NCBI GenBank assembly: GCA_000320545.1
Contig: ADNK01001387.1
Location: forward strand, 38,634-102,633
Source of the DNA: Bigelowiella natans CCMP2755
Taxonomy: Eukaryota; Protista; Cercozoa
Reading direction: 5' to 3'
DNA: 64,000 bases
The translations under genes and the position numbers were made by a program. Positions 1-11,400 of this stretch are shown here, piece by piece (positions within the stretch are counted from its first letter, which is position 1; the number at the start of each line of letters is the position of its first letter). The notes below the pieces were generated by a model that ran no database searches, was not told the origin of the DNA, and was given only the letters and a program-made list of their open reading frames with translations.

Positions 1-37
1 CTATTCCTTGAACCTACAAATCCGCACCACTTGAGGT

Positions 38-2503
38 TCAAAATATTGGTGAAGAAAATTTCATTAAGACTTTTTTGAATTCGTTGAGACGTTGAACAGT
101 TGAATTAGTTTCCGCTTCTCCATTTGAAGCACTCTTTTTCACAGACATTCGCGACTTGGTTTCAGATTTATAGTAACAAAAGTAGGCATATGGGTGACTT
201 TTAAATGAGTTTGCTATGTATTCCCACTCACAATAATTGACATACACAGACAAGTAGACTTAAAGGTAGATTGCCAGATACACTAATTATATTGATCACA
301 GTTTTTAAGCACTTGCAAAAAGATGGATACACAGGGAAATCCCTCTTCATTTCATATTCACATTCAAAGATTCATTTTAGCCAGTGAAGACTTAAATTTG
401 TAATGCATGCATGGTTGTGCAAAATATTCAAGACCTCCGCCGCCGTTGCGCTCTTGGGAGGGAATGCATCGCCTGTAAAGTAATGAGAATTAATCATAAT
501 CTAGTTTTAATACTTTCCCAGCCACATTTTCTTAGTATTAATCTTGTGCATTAATCTAGATTGCACCGTATTTCTACAAATGCTACGCACCAGCTGAATT
601 TCGGAAAGGAGGCTTCGTGTTGTAGTCAATATTATTAAAAACCCTTTCAACCTGAGACCGAGAGGTTGTGTGGGGCCAATATAAATTCATCAAGAAGTCA
701 ACACCTTTTCTCGTTCAGACTTATCTAGCGGTTTACGGCCCTCCGCCTATGAAAAATATGCTTATCAAACCATCGAGTACATATTTCTATCCTATTTTCG
801 TCAACAGGCGTTACGATACCATAATCTGTTCCTCGGCTTCGTAAACAGGATTGAAATTTAGCTTCTGAATAACATAATTACATAGTACGTTTAATTTCAC
901 CAAAATATCATTCTTCAACCAAGTCCTGTAACCTTTAAACTGGGTGTGTGAGGGGGTTTTAGATTTTTGTCTTCGATCTAATGCAGATGTAAGTCAGAGA
1001 TGAAATTTTCCCTAAATAAAAGTGTGAAGAAATTACTTTTTTCCAATCCCAACTAGGAGCATTAGCAAAAAATGGATGATCTCGCACAGTCCTCCAAAAT
1101 CCAACGTACCCTATAAGGAAATCCGTAACTCTCAAATTGTCAGTTAAGAGAAACATAGATTTTTTTTACCTAGGCGCTTTTCTTCTCTGAAAGCGCATAA
1201 TTTTGCAACAATGTCTCTGCAGTCATTTGATATCTTCTTCGGTAGTTTAGGAGTGGGAAAATCATCTTTTCTAACTTTTGATCTATCCATCAATTTCGGA
1301 TCAAAAGGACTTCTCTTTAGAAGCATACGAGCTAGAGTCGCTCCAAATGTAAAAAAATCTGGCATAAACCCGTAAGAATGTCTATTGATGACCTAAAATA
1401 TAAATATATATATTTAATATATACACACACACATGTGTGCATATATCCTTTCAAACTTTCGTAACTCCACTAGACATCTTGTGGGGAGAGTCTAATAACC
1501 TCAGGAGCAACATATCCAGGTGTGCCACAGCATCCTCGTGTGCGAAGATGATGAGGAGGCGGGTAGCGTTTAGAAAATAGGTCGTTTCGATATCTCCTAA
1601 AATTTAAAGGTATAAATCCATTCAGATAGAAAACTAAAACTAGCACCTGTCTTTTTCCTGGAGCATAGTGGCCAGTCCCAAGTCAGTGATATAAAGATGC
1701 CCCTTTAAAGAAAGTCTGTTTTATAATAGTTTTCTTATTTTGTAGAGTCTTTATTACCTTTGCATCAAGAATACAATTCTCTGGTTTCAAATCCCGATAT
1801 ACGAAGTTCAATTTGTGAATTGCCTCTAGACCCAATAGAATTTCAGCAATATAGAATCGAGCCATATGTTCTTCCATGGGACCATAATTTTCTGAAAATA
1901 AATACCTCGAATGAGGATACTCCGTTAGGGAAATCAGGCGAATACCTAAATAAAAGTTTAGATCTCCACCCCTCAAGAAAGGCATGACAAGCACCAAATC
2001 CATGGACGACAGGAATGCGTACTGAATTCATCAAAGCTGCAAATCAAAAAACTTATTCCGCCCCGTTTTTTCGTAAATTCGCTACATGAAGTTTCACAAC
2101 GAACGGAGATTTAACGCTTGCCATAACTGTACGTTCAACCCACGCTGCCTTCCAATGGCTTTCTTTTCTGATTAACTCCCTGAGATCCTTTCAGATTGAT
2201 AAACCTTATTCATCCAATGAATGGGCTCGTTTAATACACGGTAATTGCCTGCAATTTCATTGCGTAGAAAACGCTGCTGTTCTCAATGTCATCGTATCGA
2301 CTGGGAACTGGATCTTTTCGATCCTGCGCAGCCTTTACCTGCTCAAGGTTAACAACCAAGGTCGATCCCATGAAAAATCTTTGGATATTTTGCCTATGCA
2401 CCTTACCAAACCCTCCTTTACCGACGGTGGAAAGGAGTGAAAAGTGTGACATGTCGACTTTTTCAATGTTGATAGCTCCTTCGGAAGCCGCGCAGGCGCC
2501 CAT
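38..2503 (-). CDS. Multi-exon AGC-family Ser/Thr kinase (STK32/YANK- and GRK-like), predicted N-myristoylated
   Basis: Spliced exons give MGACAAS (ATG 2503), [14 protein letters not shown]|[34 protein letters not shown]|[40 protein letters not shown]|[31 protein letters not shown]...RSPF, KRLG, HPFF, then the tail [15 protein letters not shown]. The 3' end (stop at 38 or just beyond) is uncertain. Confidence 0.9.
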
Positions 2504-2853
2504 TTCCCACAACCCGGTCAATTCCAATGGACAATTTCGTTGCGCTCCGCCACTCTCAGAGTTGATTTGCTCGTCTGTCTGCGTGTTGCTTGTGTGTTAG
2601 GTGTGTAGGATGTGTGATTTGTTTTTCTTGAATGCAGTGAAGGACAGCACTAAATGGTAGTTTACTCACCTACTACATGTAAGTTGATGATGATGTCCTC
2701 TCTCTCTCTCTCTCTTTCTCTTGCTCCACTTCGTTGTTGTTATGAGATGTGTGACTACTAGATCTAGAGTGAACAATGGACGATTTTGGGCAATTTCTGC
2801 CCACTGCGTTTCTGCCGCTAGCTTGCAACTGCGACAAACACTGCACGTGTCAT

Positions 2854-2881
2854 GTCGCAAGTCGCAAGTCGCAAGTCGCAA
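2854..2881 (+). repeat. (GTCGCAA)x4 tandem repeat
   Basis: Read directly: gtcgcaagtcgcaagtcgcaagtcgcaa. Confidence 0.95.
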
Positions 2882-4355
2882 ACTCAGCTAGCAAACTCGA
2901 GACCCACATCGCAAATTGGTGCTGCCAATGACGGATTTCCTGGAGCACTCATTTTCCACAATGGACACAGCAATGTGTTGTGTGCACTTTGCATGTCCAT
3001 CATTTCCCACTGAAAACGACCAAACACAGAGGGTTGTGGGAAATGGGCGCCCACGCGGCATCCAAGTGAGCTGTTCTCAGTTGTCAAACTCAAAGAAGTC
3101 GAAGGTCCAGAAACGTGCACACTGCGCTGCACCAGTGTCGGACACAATGAGCACTTCACTTGTTTGTTCGTTCGTGTGTCACGTGCACGTTCCTGGGCTC
3201 GTTCACGATCCTTTCGCTTTGCACGATGACGCTTTGAACCACTTCATCACTGCAACAAAAGGCAAATCGAGGGTGAAGGAGGCAGGTCACAATCGTGAAC
3301 ACAGCTGGACAGTGACGTGGTGTTGCGTGTCTGTTGTCACAAGTTTTGGCCCGACCTAGCGACGTTCTTCAGTTTCACGAGTCCCAGCATGCAAACGGAG
3401 TTTTGGTGACACTCCTGATGTGCTGTGACAACTCGAAGAGCCTTGACCCACCCATTGCTGTCAGAAGCATGATGGTTGGCGGTGCGCAATGCAGGCGACT
3501 GGCATGGTTGGGTGGAGGCAGGAAGGCAGGGGAGAACAGCTGGACAAGCAGCTGTCTCAGATCTGTGTTGATGATGACGTGACGTTTCATGCACGTCACA
3601 CAATGTCAACATTCATCAAGGCGAAATCGCCTGAAGTGGTGTGCGCGCCGGCAGCGCTGAACATTGGCAGCGGGCGAAACAGCCCGATGACACGTGAGAG
3701 GCTGGCTCTCATTGGTCAACAGCCACTGCACGCATTGTCGCGGCAGTTCATCGAAGTCGCACATTGCACTTCGGCTGCATTCTCAACTGTGTGCGTGTTG
3801 CTTGTCGCAGCCAATGAACGCCCGCAGATTGCTCTGGCGTTGCTGCTGCTGGTGCAAGCATGCACTGCGCGGTCTGGATGCAAAGCATTCCAACGCTTGC
3901 CATTGGCGCGCTGGTGGCAGTGTGCAACGAGAGAGAGTCGAACGTCAAGCACCAAACGTTGAGCAAAGCGTTGGTGCAAGGAACCACACGAGCAAGAACC
4001 ACATGGGCTTGCACAAGCACGTGGCAGCGCCCAAATGAGAGTCATTGCGAGGAGTTGTGAGCACACTGTTGGTGTTGACACAACTGGCCAACACCAGCCT
4101 GGCAACGCCCATCACCAGCTCAACTGAGGGAGCTGAGGACGATGAACTGGCTGGCTGGGGCTGGGTGCCCTGTTCACCAATTGAAGGTGCAACCAGAACG
4201 CATCCCAGGTTTGGCTGACGCTGCTCACCTCGATCGGGTTCGCCAGTCTAGCAGTGGAAACCAGGAGCACTGAGATGGAGTCATCAAACTGGTGCACACA
4301 CAGCACAAGCGTGTTGCAAGAAAATCGAGCTGAACAATGGTTCGACGAAAGCTCA

Positions 4356-4382
4356 GAACAATGAACAATGAACAATGAACAA
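4356..4382 (+). repeat. (GAACAAT)x~4 tandem repeat
   Basis: Read directly: gaacaatgaacaatgaacaatgaacaa. Confidence 0.9.
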
Positions 4383-5170
4383 AGCGTTGATCAAATCCAC
4401 ACGCGCCAGAACCACGTGGGAGACAGAAAGGCCCTGTCGATTTCTTTGTCGGTCGAAGGCACACCAAAGGTGCCAGGTGGCCCCTGTTGAGCAAGGAACA
4501 ACTTTTCTTTGGAGGCACGCTGGCACGGCATCGAAGGCACCCCAGTGACAACGTTGTGGGGAAAGGGCGGGGAGGGGGCTAAAAGGCAGCAAGCTTCAGT
4601 CAACAGGGCGCAACTCGAGAGTCACTCCAGTTTTTTTCGTTCGAGTTTTTTCAAGCGCCGTGCACCCAAAAATGATGACACACGTCAACGCTTCTGAAAG
4701 GCCATGGACTCACTTTTGGTTGTTTCCCGTTGAAAACGACCAAAACAATGAAACATTTTTTCATCAAATCGCAAAACAACAAACACATCCAAGCCATTTC
4801 GTAATGCGTCACAGATTTGAAGAGCTCATGCACAGTTCGACGTTACATTTTGGGAGTTATGAATGGCCCTCAAAACACCAGTAAAGGAGACCAAACACAC
4901 GTCGCACTGAGCTAGTGGCCACAACAACATGAGCTACAAGGTTTCTTGTGATCACAATCTTGTTGGTTCAAATGGCGAAAACCGCAAGTGCGACAAGCTC
5001 ACTGCATGTCGTTAAAGTGAACTGGAATCACTATTTTCAACCGGATGCCTGTCCTCGCTCCCCCCGACCATGCCACATGTCACCCGTTGATGACCAGCAT
5101 CCTTTCCATGACTCCCGTCCTGTAATGCAGAAAAATACACACTGAGCCGCTTGCTCCCTGCGATAGCACC

Positions 5171-8100
5171 ATGCGCTGGAACTCGGGGTTGTTTTGGATC
5201 CCATTTCTTGCTTGGTATGCACCTCGGCAAGGCGAAGGGGCAATTCTCTATCATCTTGCGTCCTACAGTAGTTACACACAGTCTCCCATCAAAACTCCGG
5301 TCTCCTCAAACCGCTATGATCAAACGTAAGTGCTGCATCAGTCACGAACTATCACGAGTATTCTATTATCGTTATCAGCCACATGAAATTGAAGTTCTTG
5401 TAAAAATCTTTTGAGAAATTCTACGAGTATGAAGTACACAGTTCTCACAAAGACAAGACGAAATGTTTTTTCCTTTTCAGGTACATGTTCTGGATGACAG
5501 CTGAGTCGAATGGTCGGCAGAATCCAATACATGCGGGGGCTCGTTATGAGGGAACGATTATAATTGAACCTGATTTGTCATTGACTTATTATTACGGGCC
5601 TGGGACTGGAGATTTGAAAACTAGTTTTTCCAGTGGCGCAGTGGTACAGTCTTATGATATTGCTGTATTATTTGTAGCGTTTACCTGACGAGAAAAACTT
5701 GCTCTGACGTATAAATACGGTTTTATTACCAACAAGTATGCGAACTCAAAGTGTAGAAATGCATCACACATACATACACAGATTGACGTTTCATCGAATT
5801 TCATAATAGCGACGTGTGGTGGCAATAATGCAGATTACCTGGAATAAGTGGATGCACGTGGCCGTGACTCGCCAGATCACATCGACACCAAGAAAGCTCT
5901 GCTGGTATATAAACGGAAACTTAACGGCCACACAAGATGCTCCATACGCAGTGGTAGTAGATATCCTTTAGGAACAATTTGCACGATGTCTGCCTTCCTA
6001 CCAGTGGCGATCTAAACGCAAGAATAACCTTAATAATATTAAAAAAAAAAAAGAGAGAGAAAGTAGAGGTGGCTGTTGTGCATGCAGTCGCGGCTAAGGC
6101 TCAGGGGTTCATGTGAGACTAGGTATAAATCCTCGTGCATAAACTGGAAATACCTTTCAAAAGGCTGGGCAATGGTCGGGGAATGCAAATCATTTCATTG
6201 GTGGGGGGGGCTGGTTGAACGATTTCAAAGGCAAGATGCGAGGATTCTATATTTACGATGAAGCTTTAAGTCAAGCACAAATCCAGGCCGCCATGACTCG
6301 GGTATTAGCATGAGTACAGTTGTACACACAAATGCTAGAATATGCGTATAAAATTGAACTAGCGAATAAGTCAACAATATAATATATAATTTGGAAAAAG
6401 AGCCTTCCTTCTGCTAATATGGCCTGTCTATCCGGTGATGGAAATCCGCCACTGCCATAAACCAGATAGTTCAAAGAATACTTTCTAATGTTGTTTTTTG
6501 AACAAACATCACAGGACAGCCCATACGTAGCTCTGTCTGCAGTCGGTATGCGCTTTAGCTATATTTCAGTGGATACTAAAAATTAATAAATGCCTAGAAA
6601 AGGCAAACTCGCACATGGAGTTGAAAAACTGGAGCCATGACTCGCCCTTTTGCATTCATAATCGGGTGTTTTTCCCAATATTTTTTTCCAATATATGTAC
6701 GTTTGAAATGCATAAGGAGTAGTGCAGTCTAAATGGGATTCTTCTCATCACCCTTCCAATGACAGTGAGAATTATCACAACTATATCCTTCTTTGCTAGG
6801 TGAAATGAGGCGGACTTCCGCGAATTCCAGCTCATGGAAGCACGTCTCACTCGCACAGGTAGGGATGTATTTGGACAAAATCCGTGCAAGCTTTTTCTTT
6901 CCGAGAGGCGATAGTTACGACGATGAAATGACCAAATGATAATCCAACGGGGTCGGGAGCTCGCTCCTGCGAGAAAGATTATTCTTTTATATCATCTGAC
7001 TCGCGAGCATTAATCTCTATTCTTGCAAGTGACAACTGTTACGCTCGCGTATAGCTAGTGATATACGAAAACTATTCTGCTCTCATAACCAAAGCATATG
7101 CCCTCCCCCTCACACCCCGTCCTCCGTCAGAGCTACACCGACCCTATCTTAGTCATAGGGGACCCCACAAACTTCGATTCGCGAATTTTCGGATGGAGAG
7201 TGAAGGACGTGGCGGAAAGCTCATTTGCGGTGAAGGGTTTCGGCGACGATGCTCACACAGGCAGCGAGGAGTTACACTATATAGTACTAGACAGAGGGGA
7301 TCATATGATTGACGGTGTGCGGTTTCTCGCTGGTAAGACTACTGGGCAGTATAAATTCGAAGTGCAATTCCATCCCCCCTTCAGGTCTGCTCCATATTTC
7401 ATGCCGTTTATTCGCAGCTTCAATCAGGAAGGCTGGATGGAGGTGCGCGGCTACCAAATCACTGCGGGCGGCGCGTGGATTTCCATCAGCCCTGTTGAGA
7501 GCATCAGGAAAGGACCCTCCGCGGCAGTTAGTGAAACGGTTTCTTGGATTGCGTTTGAGCGCAGCCCTGCGACCTTCCGATCTGGCTCGTACGTGTCGGC
7601 TCTTGGGAGTTTCAACTCAAAGTATCAGGAATGTGCCCCTACCAATGGAAGTGCACCGACCACCAACATATCCATCTTAGGGGTAACTTCTCCCCAGGCC
7701 GTATTCATCGTCAAGATAATGTCGAGGAATGGGGTCGACCCTATCACTGCTCGTTGGATGCGAAAGGCGCCTAGCTCTCCATCCCTCGACGTTTGCTGGA
7801 ATGAAGATAGGACATTTGACGATGACCTAGCCCACAACCTGGAGAGTTTTGTCGTGCTGGCTCAGAATAGTAGTGCCGTAATTCATACCTCCTCGCCAAC
7901 ATCAGCGCCATCGATATCACCCACTCGCTCCCCCACTGTAAGTCTCGCGTTTAACAAGCCCACGGAGCAGTCAAGTACCGCACAAAACAGGCAATCTTCC
8001 AAGGCTGTGGATGGAAATCCAGATCCACGGATGGAAGAGGGATCATGCTCCCAAACCGAGAACGGGCATGCGAACCCTTTCAACATCCTAAACAGCGAGG

Positions 8101-8373
8101 AGGTGCGTCCTGGCGTGAATGTCAACCGTGGGTCTGTGAGGACGGTAGGACCGTACATCCTCGAGTTCAAACTCAAAGTAATGGGAATTGTGAGTGGCTG
8201 GGGAAGCATCGTGCACTTCACAACCAAGGATAACTGCTGCAAGAACGGCGACCGAGTAATTTATCACTCCCGTAGATCTAGACACAAATCTCTCTCTCTA
8301 CCCCCCCGCACCTCCCCCCTTCTCTCTACCCCTCTCCTACACATAACTGACCAAACCCGATCCTGTTTGTTAA

Positions 8374-8439
<66 letters not shown>

Positions 8440-11400
8440 TTGTGTGTGTGATTTTTGTATTGATGACGAGCCTGTGACTAAACCCACCTCCTCCACAGGT
8501 GCCTGGTATATGGTTGAAGCCAGGGACGAGCAAGCTCCACTTCCGTACCGGAACTAGCCCGAATAGTAACGATGGTTGCGACCCGACTGAATCCCTCGGC
8601 CTGAACCGCTACTACTCCATCAAGATGGAGGTTTATCAGAATAGCACCATCAAGATCTTCTACGATGGAAGGCAAGTGTGCAGCAGGACGATGTCCGGGG
8701 CCATCTACCCTGCAGGTAGCATCGTCACCGTATACGTTGGTGACCCCTGGCACACATCGCCCAACGCAATGCTGAAGGATCTGTCCTACCGCAAGAATGA
8801 TCCGAACAAGCGCCTACTCGGCACTACCGATATGCTTCAAGGGATGACCTGGTGGAGAGTCAACTTGCTAGCGGTCTACCCAATCGCTATCGTGCGGGTC
8901 ATGAGTCGAGGGGATTGCTGCGCCGATGAGCTCCGAGGCTTCCAAGTGCAAATCAGCAATAGCGTGAATAATGCCAGCTACATCTGCAATCCCAGCGGGT
9001 AAGTGGCTCAAATTAGAATGATGTTGATGCTGATGTTGTGATAGCATTGTAGTAGCCATGATTACAATAGTCATTAGTATTGCGACGATATCTGTATTGT
9101 TGGTTAGATGAAGGGCAGAGTTCTCTCGTTGTTCATTTTATGCTGGTGTTTGTATTGCTACTCTAACGATCAGGGCTGGAGAAACGCCTCTAGCAGAGTG
9201 GTACTACGTCTCTTGTCCTTCGGTCTCTGGCGATGTAGTCACCATAATAAGAAACAACACAAATGCGTCTCTATCGCTCTGCGAGGTTGAAGTGTTTAGC
9301 CACGGGCACAACATCACCGTAGCGCCTACTCGATCTCCTATCACTTCCTCACCGACATCGTCACCTCTGACACAGTCACCAGCAACGATGACTCCCACAT
9401 GTTCCCCCCGTACAGATTCACCTTCTTGCACCCCAACGACATCGATGCCTACTACGAGGGCGCCTTCTTTCTCCCCGACGAGCTGCTCTCCAACTCTCTC
9501 CCCATCGAGCCTCGCTCCGACAAGCCTCGCGCCAACCTCGTGCGCACCCTCCAGCCTCTCACCATCAACAACATCTCCCACATCAATCTCACCTAGCACA
9601 TTGGCCCCATCGAGCCTCTCTCCGGCGACGATATCTCCAACACTTGAACCCCCAAAGGCGGTATTAGCCCAGCTTAACGACGCCGTGACTGCTTTGGTCG
9701 TTACGTTCTCTCGGGAAACGAATGCCCCCTCCTTGAGCTGCGACGAGTTGTTGTCCTCGAGCACGATAAGCTTGCTTGGGGCAAGCCCGAGCTGCTTATG
9801 GAGGTCGCTCTCTGAGCTACAGGTGAATATAGGTCCTGGTTTTCGGGTTGAGTTGGGAAGTCTCATTGGGGTGAGAGGAGGCAAGATAATGGGAATCGAG
9901 CCAGGCGCCAATCTCCATAAAGAATCACACGCATTGCCGCTACGACCACCTACCAATCCCCCAGCAGTCGTTGCCTATGCGTACGGGCCGGAATTTATCG
10001 GTGCGTATATAGTCGAATGATGAAGTCTGACTAATATGCTAGATTTTTTTGTCTTGATATGATGCAAAAAACGCACCCTCGATAATACCGCATCACCCTG
10101 TAGAAGTGACATTGTTTACTTGTTGCCATTGCATTGTACAGGTGGATGCGCCGCGACAGTCGATCTCCGAGCCACCACCTCCGGCGCGGCAGGAAAAGAG
10201 ATATCGCTAGAATGGAAATTTGTCGGTTCCTCGGAGCTTGAAGCTATCAATGCGACCGCCCAGAACTCCCTGAGCAGCATCGATGCTGGCATTGCCTTGC
10301 TGCCTCCCAGATTGTTTCATCTCCATCGAGCTTTGAAAAACATTACTAGCACCACTTTGCACAGGCTGCTTGAGCTCCCCGCCTTGAATCTGACCATGGA
10401 TCAACATTACGATTTTGCTGTGAGAGCAACGAACTGGCTCGGGGACAGCGGCATATCGGAGATATTTCGTCTCCGGAAGGTAAAAGGCTTGTCACGGCCT
10501 ACAATCTTCATGCCTTCTCCACTACAGATCACCGTTCAGCGCTCCCGCAAGCTCGGCATCAAGGTGCGAGTTAGGCCACCTTCATGTATGGAGTCAAGGA
10601 TGCGTATGGGAGTGCAGGGCCTATGGACTGTATTAGCCAACATCGGTACGTACCATTGTCACTTCTACCGACATCATCCTTAGTGATGTAACTTAGGCTT
10701 GTCAGTGCAAATACTCGGTATAATTTGTAATGTTTTCAAACACATACCGATGCCAGAAGGGCGGGGATTTTGTTGTTTAAGGTTTGGGGTGTTAAGCCGC
10801 AAGATTCCTCTGCCCTGTGTTCGCGGCTCGTAGCTGCGCAATATATACTTTCCGCTATTGTTATTAACCTCTTCATAGTACTGCAAGCCCTTTGATCCTT
10901 TTATAATTACAATACTGATGTATCTTTTGATTCCCATGCTTATCTAATTATGGATTTTACATCGCCAGATAATATCAAGATTCCTGACCCGGAAAGTCTA
11001 TATCTCTCACTGCCTCCCAATACCCTTAGCGTGGGTCGCGATTACCATTTTAGGCTCTTTGTAAAGGCTGTTAATGTGCTCGGGCAGGAAACAGGCAATG
11101 CTAATGTAACCTTCACTGTGCGAGTGAAGGAGGAACCGGTGGTGGCGAAACTACGAGGCGGTATAAAGAGGGTTGTTTTCGTCGGTGATAGTAGTGGCCA
11201 CTCGACGGGTAGCGTCTTGAGCATTGATGCCTCAGGAAGTCGGGACCCCATTTACCCGGAGAACATCCTAATGTACAACGCAACAGTCTTTGACACTAGG
11301 ACGGGGGTCAAGGCAGCCTCGGTCACTTCCGTACTACCCAAGATGCAATTTCGTTCAGAACGGCTTACGGCGGGGAGCGAGTACCGAATTGCTTTAAATG

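Larger units (their letters stand above)
2560..5140. other. Long divergent spacer rich in TG/CA/CG alternation; possible decayed sequence
   Basis: Dense TGCA, CATG, CACA, TGTG and CACGTG words. The many overlapping ORFs have no recognisable motif or consistent splice chain. Confidence 0.5.

Noticed and set aside
2894-4750. Intact LTR retrotransposon bounded by the repeated motif
   Set aside because: Similarity is limited to short patches. I saw no TG...CA termini, primer-binding site, target-site duplication or gag/pol remnants.
2666-5145. Overlapping Cys/His-rich ORFs as real genes
   Set aside because: The composition follows from TG/CA enrichment; there are no motifs or consistent splice chain. 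The same applies to ORFs at 17125-17956, 24954, 37254-37583, 49613-50064, 58571-58899 and 63762-63999.
9204-9956. 250-aa minus-strand ORF with GExVG repeats
   Set aside because: Antisense shadow of the Pro/Thr/Ser stalk encoded on the + strand.
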